Part shown: piece by piece, positions 19,072 to 27,971 of the stretch | How positions within the stretch are numbered: position 1 is the first letter of the stretch | Layout: every line of letters begins with the position of its first letter | DNA from: an uncultured Saprospiraceae bacterium | Lineage (GTDB): Bacteria; Bacteroidota; Bacteroidia; Chitinophagales; Saprospiraceae | Length of the DNA: 64,000 nt | Assembly: GCA_964628385.1 (NCBI GenBank) | Contig: CAZVOD010000012.1 | Location: forward strand, 3,731-67,730 | Reading direction: 5' to 3' | The notes under the pieces: model-generated | Told to the model about the DNA's origin: nothing | Database searches by the model: none | The model's input: the letters and a program-made list of their open reading frames with translations, nothing else | Made by a program: the position numbers and the translations under genes

Positions 19072-19074
19072 GCC

Positions 19075-20022
19075 TTAGGATTTAATCGTCTGTTTTCCAA
19101 ATCGATCCAAAATAAATACCAGGCCAAAACCAATGATCACCAGAATAATCACTCCAATCACCTGCGCATCTCCCTCAAAAGCACCGGGCAAAACACTCTT
19201 TTCCAGGAAGGGTACCTCTTCCCCGCTGCTGTTGATCCGGGTAGAGATCACATTTCGCCATGGCCAGATCTTATTGAGAGACCCTAGCATGAACCCAGCC
19301 AGCAAAGCCATTGTCAAATCGTGAAAACGCTTGAACATCCAAGAAAGCACCCTTGAAAAAGTTGCTAACCCAATCAGACAGCCTAGCCCAAAAACAACCA
19401 TTATAATTAAACTTCCCGCATCCTGGGTCTTGATACCATCGGTGAGCGCCCCCAGAATGATGGAATACATCCCCATAAGCAAAAGAATGAAACTACCAGA
19501 TATACCAGGTAAAATAAGCGCCGAAATAGCAATGGCTCCAGCAAAAAACACCAGCACCAAAGATTCACTGCCCTGAGCCGGACTCAGTATTGTTATGGCG
19601 TAGGCTACCAGTGCACCGATAACCAAAGCGGCAATTTCTTTTATTGACCAGTTTTTTACCTGCCGGCCCACATAAAGTGCAGAAGCCAATATCAATCCGA
19701 AGAAAAACGACCAAAGAAAGACCGGATAGTTTTCTTCAATATATTTTACCCCAAAAGCCCCAAGTACTATCCCCAGAACCATGCCGGCCAGTAAAAAGAC
19801 TAAAAATAAGCCACTTGCCTTTTCCCAGGCCGCTGCCAATCCCTGCTTTCTCCAGGTTGTCCAGACTTCAGGCCCCAAAATAGATTTTATGGATTCTATC
19901 AATTGCTCGTAAATACCAGTGATCAAAGCAATGGTACCTCCCGATACGCCAGGGATAATCTCGGCAATGCCCATGGCCATACCTTTGAGCGATACAGCTA
20001 TTTTTTCTGTCCAGTTTTTCAT
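19075..20022 (-). CDS. DUF368-family integral membrane protein
   Basis: A polytopic membrane protein with a duplicated IPGVSGGT / LPGISGSF signature typical of DUF368. Confidence 0.8.
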   Translation of the reverse strand: MKNWTEKIAVSLKGMAMGIAEIIPGVSGGTIALITGIYEQLIESIKSILGPEVWTTWRKQGLAAAWEKASGLFLVFLLAGMVLGIVLGAFGVKYIEENYPVFLWSFFFGLILASALYVGRQVKNWSIKEIAALVIGALVAYAITILSPAQGSESLVLVFFAGAIAISALILPGISGSFILLLMGMYSIILGALTDGIKTQDAGSLIIMVVFGLGCLIGLATFSRVLSWMFKRFHDLTMALLAGFMLGSLNKIWPWRNVISTRINSSGEEVPFLEKSVLPGAFEGDAQVIGVIILVIIGFGLVFILDRFGKQTIKS

Positions 20023-20085
20023 AGCCGCGAAGATAGTAAAAATTGGAATTGAGAAATATACAGACTTATAAACAAGAGTCTAATA

Positions 20086-21333
20086 CTAATTCTCGTGCTT
20101 TCTGATCTTGAAGTCAGGATTATCAGTCTGGGCCTCCAAAGCTCTGAGCCGCTCCAGTTCTTTTTTGGTAAATCGCGCATCGTCAATCCGACCGAGATCC
20201 GGCTGCCCAGCATCTACCCAGGCCGTATACCAGCAAGAAGCCACAGCATGAATAGTAGACCGCATCCTATTCTCCACCATGCCATTCATGGCTTCCTGGT
20301 AAGCTCTCGCATAAGCCTCACATTGAGTCCGAATGGTTCTGTTAAGCCTCTCGTCAAAACAATATTGCTGATCTTCAGGGAAAGTGCGGCTCAATCGCTT
20401 TTCTATAGACAGTACACTATCTACCAGCCGATGACTAGTCAGTACTATTTCCCAAAAATACTCTTTTGGATTGTCTATATAATCTGCCTTTCCCGTAAAA
20501 AGGTCGTACTCTCTGTCAGCAAAAAGCTCAGGAATACGACTTTCCCAAAAAGCATGAATCCCTACCTGATTCGTTAGTTGACCATTGTAGTTTTTGGTGG
20601 TATGTAGTGGCACACTGGCATCCCCAACGTAATGTCCCATTTCGGTAGCCAATCTTAAAATAAGCTTGGCATCCCTTTGACGAAAAGCTGTAGTCAGCCG
20701 ATTTTGCATTTGTAGCAAATGATAAGGTACTATTCCATACTCTGAAAAACGGTCAACTGCAATTATCTTCTCTCCTTTGACCCTCATACCGAGCCGTTGT
20801 TTTATCAACGATACCGGTAAGCTCCATTCTTCCTCATAGTATTGGGGTTGTAAATATTCCCTGAAAAAATCTGTGTAGCTTTCCCAATCCATACCAGCTT
20901 CCGGCCACATAGAAGCCACCTGAGGATTTTCTCCCTTGTAGAATACTGTTTTTCCATTTTTACTAACAATATCATTTCCGCAGAAATGGATAGTATCTAA
21001 TTGAGCAGTTATACAATAAAGGTCAGTGTATTTAGCAAGAGCCTCCGTCCAGTCTCTGGGAACTTCCGGGAACGGATAGGTCCCCCAATGATCTATATCA
21101 ATAAAGTGGCGCGAACCTTCAAACTTGGTAGCATAACGCCGCTTATCAGGATCGACAGCATGCTCCGTAATAAATTCTATATGTTTCTTAAAAAAGATGA
21201 TCATATCAGGAGGTAAGGAAAAAACTGCTACCCGGTTGATTCGCCTGTGCCCCCAAAAACCCCAGTCAGGTTTTGAAATATGAAAGCTACAACACAAACA
21301 GGCAACCAGAACAATTATAAAAATACGTTTCAT
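20086..21333 (-). CDS. zinc-dependent phospholipase C / P1-nuclease superfamily hydrolase
   Basis: Signal peptide followed immediately by WGFWGHRRIN. Further His/Asp-rich motifs are present (HFIDIDHWG, HYVGDASVPLHTT). Confidence 0.75.
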   Translation of the reverse strand: MKRIFIIVLVACLCCSFHISKPDWGFWGHRRINRVAVFSLPPDMIIFFKKHIEFITEHAVDPDKRRYATKFEGSRHFIDIDHWGTYPFPEVPRDWTEALAKYTDLYCITAQLDTIHFCGNDIVSKNGKTVFYKGENPQVASMWPEAGMDWESYTDFFREYLQPQYYEEEWSLPVSLIKQRLGMRVKGEKIIAVDRFSEYGIVPYHLLQMQNRLTTAFRQRDAKLILRLATEMGHYVGDASVPLHTTKNYNGQLTNQVGIHAFWESRIPELFADREYDLFTGKADYIDNPKEYFWEIVLTSHRLVDSVLSIEKRLSRTFPEDQQYCFDERLNRTIRTQCEAYARAYQEAMNGMVENRMRSTIHAVASCWYTAWVDAGQPDLGRIDDARFTKKELERLRALEAQTDNPDFKIRKHEN

Positions 21334-22361
21334 TGGCTTTGGGTATTTTTTTCAAAAAAGAAATCATAGGACCACAAAACCCTCCGGACCAGTTGATTTT
21401 GCGCCAGCATAAAATCTTTATCGTTGACCTCTGCAAAATACCGCTCTACTGGCTGAGATGCAAGCGGGAGGCCAGTATCCGGGTTGATGGTGATAGCCTT
21501 CGGAATGACTGGAAAAAGCACTACTTTATGTATTTCATTTTGAGTCGTATTGATTGTTATGATACTAAAGGGTAATAAACTGGTGATGGAATCCCGAACC
21601 GGATTATCATTTTCAAAAGCTTCAGCAATAATTTCCTCAAACCCCATCAGGAAAGCCTCTGTACGGCCAGGCACAGGAGCACCGGCGTACCTGGGGGTCG
21701 CTTCATAAAACGGTTCTACCTCGTAAGTCAACCCTTTTTTAAATAATCGAAAAGATTTACTTTTCTGCCGAGGATATTCAATGCTTACCTCAGTAATGGT
21801 GGCGGGCTTGAATCGAAATAGCGCTTTGTCTCGCCAGTCGTCGCCAGTTAGGTTGAAGCGAAAGCGCAGGTTACCGTCCCATCCGGGCAGATGGGTTACA
21901 TAGGGCTGCTCTGCATCTGCCATTATAGCGAAGGTTCCCCGCTCATCCTGAGTAGAGCCGCCTATATAATAAGCTTTAAGCAGCCTGTTGGCGTTATCGT
22001 AAAGCTCCACTTTGATGCCCTCCGAAGCCAGATTCTTAACCATAGTCGGAACAGCAGCATCTGCTGGTTTATACTTTACTTTAATGCGCTCAATAGCATC
22101 CAGTAAATTATCCATAGCATTTTCGCCCACCGGATATTTTCCATTAACCATCCATTGATTTCCCTGCCTGACCAAGTCAGAAGTATTGCCTTGCCGATCT
22201 GCGATAAAAACTCGATTGACCTCTTCTATTTGCTGGAGCGCAAAAGCTCGATCCGCTACAAGAATAGAAAGGCTATGATCACTTTGTTGGGAATAAAAAA
22301 CAAAGCCGGCAGCAGCTCCCAGGCTTATAAAAATTATCAGTAACAGTCGGTTATTTTTCAT
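21330..22361 (-). CDS. DUF4340-like protein (commonly associated with GldG-type ABC systems)
   Basis: N-terminal anchor. The overall pattern resembles DUF4340. Its stop overlaps the start of 20086..21333 by 4 nt. Confidence 0.6.
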   Translation of the reverse strand: MKNNRLLLIIFISLGAAAGFVFYSQQSDHSLSILVADRAFALQQIEEVNRVFIADRQGNTSDLVRQGNQWMVNGKYPVGENAMDNLLDAIERIKVKYKPADAAVPTMVKNLASEGIKVELYDNANRLLKAYYIGGSTQDERGTFAIMADAEQPYVTHLPGWDGNLRFRFNLTGDDWRDKALFRFKPATITEVSIEYPRQKSKSFRLFKKGLTYEVEPFYEATPRYAGAPVPGRTEAFLMGFEEIIAEAFENDNPVRDSITSLLPFSIITINTTQNEIHKVVLFPVIPKAITINPDTGLPLASQPVERYFAEVNDKDFMLAQNQLVRRVLWSYDFFFEKNTQSQ

Positions 22362-22470
22362 TTTTTGTCAGGATTATTTGCGGTCTCATTAAGGAGCTTA
22401 AAATTAAGATTTTATAACCGACTACTATAACCCCTGCTGATAGGAAAAAATAGGTAGTTGGCCAGTAGAC

Positions 22471-22755
22471 TTATCCAGTATATAGCACTTTCATGGAGAC
22501 TTCCATGAGTAAGATCCTCGCATTCGATGTCGCCGTGATGTCGATAGAGCCAGTATCCCAAAGCCCCATCCCATCTCTTATGGACAGTTCCTGTCCATCA
22601 ATAGTTACTCTGCCATCCAGGGTGAAGGCATAAACACCGTTATTAAAATCCTTCAGATTATAGATTACTTTTTTCCCCTCGTCTAAAGCTCCCATATAAA
22701 ACCACGCATTCTGATGCATCCAGCCTCCTTCATCATCGGGATTAGGAGAGAGAAT
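22471..22755 (-). pseudogene. pirin/quercetinase family remnant (C-terminal cupin only)
   Basis: ILSPNPDDEGGWMHQNAWFYMGALDEGKKVIYNLKDFNNGVYAFTLDGRVTIDGQELSIRDGMGLWDTGSIDITATSNARILLMEVSM matches only the C-terminal domain of YhhW/pirin-like proteins. The N-terminal metal-binding cupin is missing, and the upstream part of the ORF overlaps the gldG 3' end. Confidence 0.55.
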
Positions 22756-22820
22756 AGCAAATCCGCTTTTTGACCATGTAGAAAAATAAGATTTGATTGT
22801 AAAAATCGAGGATTCCCCCT

Positions 22821-24569
22821 TTAGCGAGTATACCGATATCTTCTCACAAAATTGAAAAGCCAACCAAAAATCAAAAGAAAGGCCAGTGGCAACGCAATAT
22901 TGATCACCTGCCAATACCCCTTTTCCTCTTCGACTTTTGTTCTATCCAATAGCCGTAGTTTGATTTCTTTGCCCCTGGCCGCAATCAGGCCGGTGTCATC
23001 AACCAGATATTCAATGGCGTTCAGCAGAAAATCTTTGTTGGCATATCTTTGACCATCAAACTGGTTAAATCCCAGCGGTATAATCTCTTGCGTTCGGGGG
23101 TTAACCTGATTGCTGGCCAGATCCCCATCTGCTACGACGATCATTTTGTTGGGCAGGCTTTCTGTTTTTAGCTCCTGGCCAATCTGGCTCAACGCAGCCC
23201 TCATGCTGCTGGTTACCCGGTTTTCGTACATAGAAGGAAATGTACCTTCCACCAGCATAGCCACTGTTTGTGGTCCTTTATCAAATTGACGGGCATCAAA
23301 GCCCGTTTGCAGAATTTCAAAATTCATCCGCAAAGGCAGGTATTGCATAAAAGACCGACCAGCGGAAGACAGGAGTATCGTCTTTTCCAGCGCCGTCTTT
23401 GTACGTATGTTCGTATCTATGGTACTGACATATTTCAAATTAACTCCGTCTACACTTTTTACTATCGGATGATCAGAGCCGGGTACGGCAATAAGATGGT
23501 AGGGGTATGGAAAATAATCAAACTGCGGCTGATTGCCCTGCCGACCGACGACCTGAGGTATTCTGGTACACTGTAAGTCAAGGAGTAAGTTAGGTTGAAT
23601 GCGAATACCGTAGCGAAACAGCAGATCATCAATATTTAAATCGTATTGCTTCGGTAAATATACCTCCCTGCGTAAACTATCCAGGCTGACCGCTAGCTTA
23701 TCGATCATCCATAGTAGTTTCCCTCCATTCATAACATATTGATCAAGCTTAAATTTATCTTTTTCGGAAAAAGGTTCTGTAGGCTTGGCAATGATTAAAG
23801 CCTGAAGGTCAGGGTTAATATATGGCGTACTATCCAGGTTGAAGCGGCCAGTTTCGTAAAATCGGCGCAAAGAACGCTCCAGATCGGCTGTTTGTGCCGG
23901 TGGTAATTCTCCATGGCCGGTAGTAAAGGCGATAGGTTGTTTGACCCCTTTTTTCAGTTTCTGAATGGCATTAGCAAATTTATATTCTAAAAGCGAAACC
24001 GAATTATTTAAAACCACCTCCTGGGAAGCTGAAGGGCTTTGATTTTCCAGTAATGATACAGCTGCCGAACGCCCTTTGTAATAAAAGATGACGTAAGGGA
24101 AAATGGTCTTGTTAACGGTCTCCCCACTCTCTTTCACCCTTAAGTTGGTTGGAATGACTCCTTCCTGAGTCAGCTTCTTATACCTTTCATTAACCTCCTC
24201 TGGCTTGCCCTCTGAGGGGTTTTCCAGCGTATATTCAATGTATCCAGATTCGCTTCTGAAATCGTCTAGCATTTCAATAGTTGCCTTTTGCAATCGCTTA
24301 AACCCCGCCGGAAACTCACCATCCAGCAATATTCGACCATAAACCACATCGTCCAGATCGCGCAGTAAGGTTCTGGTGGGTTCGGTGAGCGTAAAGCGTT
24401 TATCTTCTGTCAGGTCCAGGTAGGTGTACAGGGGTTGGTTGCCTAGCCGGGCGTTGGCCAGGATATTGAGAAAAATAACAATCCCGAGAAAAAGACCGAA
24501 TTGAAAAATAGATTGCAATCTTTTATTTTGACGCATGAGTTGAGTTTTTTCCTTAAAAAATGTTACCAT
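22821..24569 (-). CDS. gldG: gliding-motility-associated ABC transporter auxiliary protein GldG
   Basis: 582 aa with N- and C-terminal TM anchors and a large periplasmic GldG/ABC_transp_aux-type region. It follows gldF directly (7-nt overlap). An alternative start is the MRQNKR codon at 24536. Confidence 0.85.
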   Translation of the reverse strand: MVTFFKEKTQLMRQNKRLQSIFQFGLFLGIVIFLNILANARLGNQPLYTYLDLTEDKRFTLTEPTRTLLRDLDDVVYGRILLDGEFPAGFKRLQKATIEMLDDFRSESGYIEYTLENPSEGKPEEVNERYKKLTQEGVIPTNLRVKESGETVNKTIFPYVIFYYKGRSAAVSLLENQSPSASQEVVLNNSVSLLEYKFANAIQKLKKGVKQPIAFTTGHGELPPAQTADLERSLRRFYETGRFNLDSTPYINPDLQALIIAKPTEPFSEKDKFKLDQYVMNGGKLLWMIDKLAVSLDSLRREVYLPKQYDLNIDDLLFRYGIRIQPNLLLDLQCTRIPQVVGRQGNQPQFDYFPYPYHLIAVPGSDHPIVKSVDGVNLKYVSTIDTNIRTKTALEKTILLSSAGRSFMQYLPLRMNFEILQTGFDARQFDKGPQTVAMLVEGTFPSMYENRVTSSMRAALSQIGQELKTESLPNKMIVVADGDLASNQVNPRTQEIIPLGFNQFDGQRYANKDFLLNAIEYLVDDTGLIAARGKEIKLRLLDRTKVEEEKGYWQVINIALPLAFLLIFGWLFNFVRRYRYTR

Positions 24570-25294
24570 TTTCTTTTCTCCAAAGACAGAAGGGTCAACA
24601 TAATAAAAAGGCCGATGACAGAAATAAAATAGATCAAATCTCTGGTATCCAATACGCCCCTACTGATGGAACTGTAGTGATAATCAATGCCGATCATCTG
24701 GATAATGTCATCTACTTTTCCCACAAAAACAGGTAGCTTGCTAAAAAAGAAAAAGCCATAGTACAGCAAAAAGCATAAAAAAGTGGCTAGTACAAAAGCT
24801 ACTATCTGATTCTGGCTGATAGAGGAGGCAAAAAGCCCTATTGCCACAAAACAGCCCGCCAGAAAAACCAAGCCGATATAAGAGCCCAGGATCGCACCAG
24901 AATCAAGGTTGCCTTTCTGTGCACCGAGTTGATAAATGGTGTAGTAATAAATTAAAGTGGGTAAAATAGAGAATGCCACTACCAGCATGGCCGCCAGATA
25001 TTTCCCCCAAATTATTGAAAGCTCTTTCACCGGTTTTGTTACCAGCAATTCAATCGTACCTTCCTGATTTTCTTCGGCAAAAAGGCGCATAGTTATGGCA
25101 GGAATGAGAAACATGAAAATAAGCGGTGCAATATCAAAAAGCTGATCCAGCGTGGCGTAGCGATACTCCAAAATACTGGTATCCGGAAATACAAAAAGTA
25201 CCAGCCCTAAAATGACCAGAAAAACGCCCACAGCGATATATCCAATCAGAGAGCTGAAAAAGGCATTTACTTCTTTGATGAAAATGCTTAACAT
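24563..25294 (-). CDS. gldF: gliding-motility-associated ABC transporter permease GldF
   Basis: 243-aa ABC-2 type permease with 6 TM helices, sitting in gldA/gldG context. Confidence 0.85.
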   Translation of the reverse strand: MLSIFIKEVNAFFSSLIGYIAVGVFLVILGLVLFVFPDTSILEYRYATLDQLFDIAPLIFMFLIPAITMRLFAEENQEGTIELLVTKPVKELSIIWGKYLAAMLVVAFSILPTLIYYYTIYQLGAQKGNLDSGAILGSYIGLVFLAGCFVAIGLFASSISQNQIVAFVLATFLCFLLYYGFFFFSKLPVFVGKVDDIIQMIGIDYHYSSISRGVLDTRDLIYFISVIGLFIMLTLLSLEKRKW

Positions 25295-25348
25295 AAATTA
25301 TTTGGCGTTTTTTTCTCAACATGAATCGGTGATGCCATACCAGCATCC

Positions 25349-26008
25349 CTAAAGGGGGTTATTTTGGTTAAATCTTTTGATCACGTTCAGTAAAGTCTTC
25401 AGGTCAATATCGCCTGACATGCCTCGAAGTACTTTGTATAGTTTATTATCCTTCTGTATGGCTATTTCCAGATTGCGTTTGGATAGCGGCCAAATTTCAC
25501 CCTTTTCCAAATCAAGAACCTGGTGTACAAATCTAGTTTGCTTACGGTTTACGGTAGCTTGCCGAAACGGACGACCATTAGTTGGATTGTAAGCTTTGAT
25601 ATCTACTTCTTCATAAAAGACTTCTTCATAGAAAAAATAATTCAAGCGACCTTTCAGGTAGAACCCCGCAAAAGAAGGCACTGTTTTTCCTACTTTCTCT
25701 TTGTCTATTTGAATAAAAGGACGCCCTTCGTCGCAGATAATCCTGACCATTTCCAGATCGACGAGCTTTCCGGACTTCTGTTTGATCATCTCCACCTGAG
25801 CCAGATAGGTAGTCGGGTTGATGGCCAGCACACTGATTAGGCTATCCTCCACAAAGGCCGGTTGGTTAGCCTTTAGGCTACTCAGGTCAAAATAAACCCC
25901 GTCTTTAAACTTGAAGTCAGCCTTAATTACGGGCCGCTCTTGGGCTTTTAGCAAGCAACAAAGCAGAAGACCTATTATCAATGTATTCAACAACTTTTTC
26001 ATAATCAA
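25349..26008 (-). CDS. hypothetical secreted protein encoded between gldA and gldF
   Basis: 219-aa ORF with a signal peptide. Its start overlaps the gldA stop by 4 nt. It contains an internal FYEEVFYEEV tandem duplication. Confidence 0.65.
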   Translation of the reverse strand: MIMKKLLNTLIIGLLLCCLLKAQERPVIKADFKFKDGVYFDLSSLKANQPAFVEDSLISVLAINPTTYLAQVEMIKQKSGKLVDLEMVRIICDEGRPFIQIDKEKVGKTVPSFAGFYLKGRLNYFFYEEVFYEEVDIKAYNPTNGRPFRQATVNRKQTRFVHQVLDLEKGEIWPLSKRNLEIAIQKDNKLYKVLRGMSGDIDLKTLLNVIKRFNQNNPL

Positions 26009-26907
26009 TTCCGGGTCAATTTTTGGAAAACATCTTCAACAGTAGAGCTTTCTGGATAAATTTCCAATAATTTGCGCTGCTGCACTACTGCAAAGTCAAA
26101 GACTGCTGCCCGGATATCATCATCCGAGAAAAGCTGCCACTTATTGCTATCCAGTGCTTTGACTTCAGCTACTCCCTGTATGGTTGTTAGTTCCTGAGCT
26201 GTTACTTCCCTGTCAAATAATACGATGATGGATTGGCGCCCGCTAATTTTTTGCTGCAATGCTTCGATACTATCATCTGCTACCAGTTTGCCTTTGTTAA
26301 TGATGAGCACCCGGTCACAAATAGCCTGTACTTCCTGCATGATATGAGTAGAAAAAATGACTGTCTTTTCCTTACCCAATTCTTTGATCAGGCTCCGTAT
26401 TTCTACCAACTGATTGGGATCGAGTCCTGAAGTTGGTTCATCCAGGATGAGCACCTGAGGGTCATGTATCATGGCCTGTGCCAGTCCTACCCGCTGCCGA
26501 TACCCTTTTGACAGGGCGGCGATTGGCTTCTTACGCTCCCGCTGCAAACCGGTTTTTTCGATCATTTCCTCTACCTTTCGGTTTAGCTGTTTTACTTTGT
26601 GAATCCGGCCTACAAACTCCAGGTATTCCTTCACAAACATATCTTTATAAAGGGGATTATTTTCCGGCAAATATCCGATACATTTACGAACTTCCATGGG
26701 GTGGGTGGCCACATCGTAGCCACAGACACTGGCCTGGCCGGAACTTTGTGGCAGAAAGCAGCTGATAATTTTCATGGTGGTTGTCTTTCCGGCTCCGTTG
26801 GGGCCCAAAAAACCGAGAATAGTACCTTTTTCAACCTGAAAAGAAATCTGATCTACCGCCTTTTGAGTTCCAAATTCTTTGGTAAGTTCCTGCACAATGA
26901 CTGACAT
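26005..26907 (-). CDS. gldA: gliding-motility-associated ABC transporter ATP-binding protein GldA
   Basis: Walker A GPNGAGKTT, signature LSKGYRQRVGLAQA, Walker B LILDEPTSGLD. It heads the gldA-hyp-gldF-gldG string. Confidence 0.85.
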   Translation of the reverse strand: MSVIVQELTKEFGTQKAVDQISFQVEKGTILGFLGPNGAGKTTTMKIISCFLPQSSGQASVCGYDVATHPMEVRKCIGYLPENNPLYKDMFVKEYLEFVGRIHKVKQLNRKVEEMIEKTGLQRERKKPIAALSKGYRQRVGLAQAMIHDPQVLILDEPTSGLDPNQLVEIRSLIKELGKEKTVIFSTHIMQEVQAICDRVLIINKGKLVADDSIEALQQKISGRQSIIVLFDREVTAQELTTIQGVAEVKALDSNKWQLFSDDDIRAAVFDFAVVQQRKLLEIYPESSTVEDVFQKLTRN

Positions 26908-27160
26908 ATACTAAATTTGGTTGTAAGTTTTCCTCGAAGTTGTTTAAGAACCTGGGTTTATAGTTGAAGGCAAAGGCTTATGCAGCAAGGCGAAGCGCTT
27001 TTTTCTTTGCGTAGCCAAAGCTACGCAAAGAAAAAAAGCTGAATTATTTGCTGCACAATGTTTTGTCTGCAAACAGGAAACGACATTTTTAAACAACTTT
27101 CTCTATAACTATCCAATGGACAAAAAATTATTATCAACTCCCTAATAATCTGGCAACACA

Positions 27161-27644
27161 ATGGACCGAATTGCGAAAATAGAAATTTATCAAAAAGATA
27201 TTCCGCTAAAGCAAACATTTGTTATTGCATTAGAAGAAATAAGGACTGCCTCCAACTTGTTCGTCGAAATAACCACTGAAGAAGGATTGGTGGGTTGGGG
27301 AGAAAGCAGCCCATTTCCGAGTATTACAAGTAGAAACCGGGCACTCTGGCATGGCAGTAGCCTCGGCCCTAGCCCGGCCGCTTTTGGGGCAGCCATTGTT
27401 GCATCTGAACCACAATATCCGGCAGCTACACGCTGTAATAGCTGGTAACCCAGGGACTAAAAGTGCTTTTGACATGGCTTTGTACGACCTTGTCGCCCAG
27501 CAGGCCGGTATGCCTCTATATGCGTAACTTGGCGGAAGTGCAGACAGAACCGTCATTACCGATATGACTATCGGGCTGGATACGCTGCAGGAATCAGAAT
27601 CAGTGCCGTATTGTACTTTCTGCCGGAGCAATTTATGTTTTTGA
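27161..27644 (+). pseudogene. dipeptide epimerase (enolase superfamily, L-Ala-D/L-Glu epimerase-like) pseudogene
   Basis: The N-terminus MDRIAKIEIYQKDIPLKQTFVIALEEIRTASNLFVEITTEEGLVGWGESSPFPSIT is typical. A frameshift occurs near 27330. The sequence continues as ETGHSG...GNPGTKSAFDMALYDLVAQQAGMPLYA*LGGSADRTVITDMTIGLD with an in-frame TAA at 27525-27527. Homology stops after about 150 aa, whereas intact enzymes are about 340-360 aa. Confidence 0.7.
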
Positions 27645-27661
27645 ATAAAAAACCATTCCTT

Positions 27662-27697
27662 AAAACTTTCTATCTCCCGGGGTAGAAAGTTTTTTTC
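27662..27697 (+). terminator. intrinsic terminator
   Basis: aaaactttcta (27662-27672) pairs with tagaaagtttt (27683-27693) across a 10-nt loop, followed by a T-run. Confidence 0.55.
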
Positions 27698-27971
27698 CCC
27701 TTACTTCTCCCGCCTATTATCTTGGTTGTATCCTAACACGACCATTATTTTTCCCATCGTATAGCAGAATTTGCATCTGTAATTTTACAATATCACCACC
27801 AAGGTTAACGAGAGTTTGTATACATTAGAGATTGTTTGGGAAGGAATGATTTCCAAATCCAGACTCCTTTTTGACGTTAGCCATAACAAGTCGATCAATC
27901 TGATTGGAGTCGTATTTGTTTCATTCTTACTAGACTTGTTTTTATTGAAAAGTAGTTGGAAAGTAAGCACG

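Noticed and set aside
22756-22914. The first 53 codons of ORF 22471..22914 would make the pirin-like ORF 147 aa long.
   Set aside because: This part overlaps the 3' end of gldG in another frame and has no pirin similarity. Only the residues from ILSPNPDDEGG onward are homologous.
27816-27971. The ORF track gives the FAD/Fe-S oxidoreductase a 52-aa N-terminal extension starting at TTG.
   Set aside because: The extension has no similarity to the YdiJ-like family. It overlaps repeat-end fragments (27885-27892, 27931-27941). The conserved protein begins naturally at ATG 27972 (MNNKITTVTLDNL).
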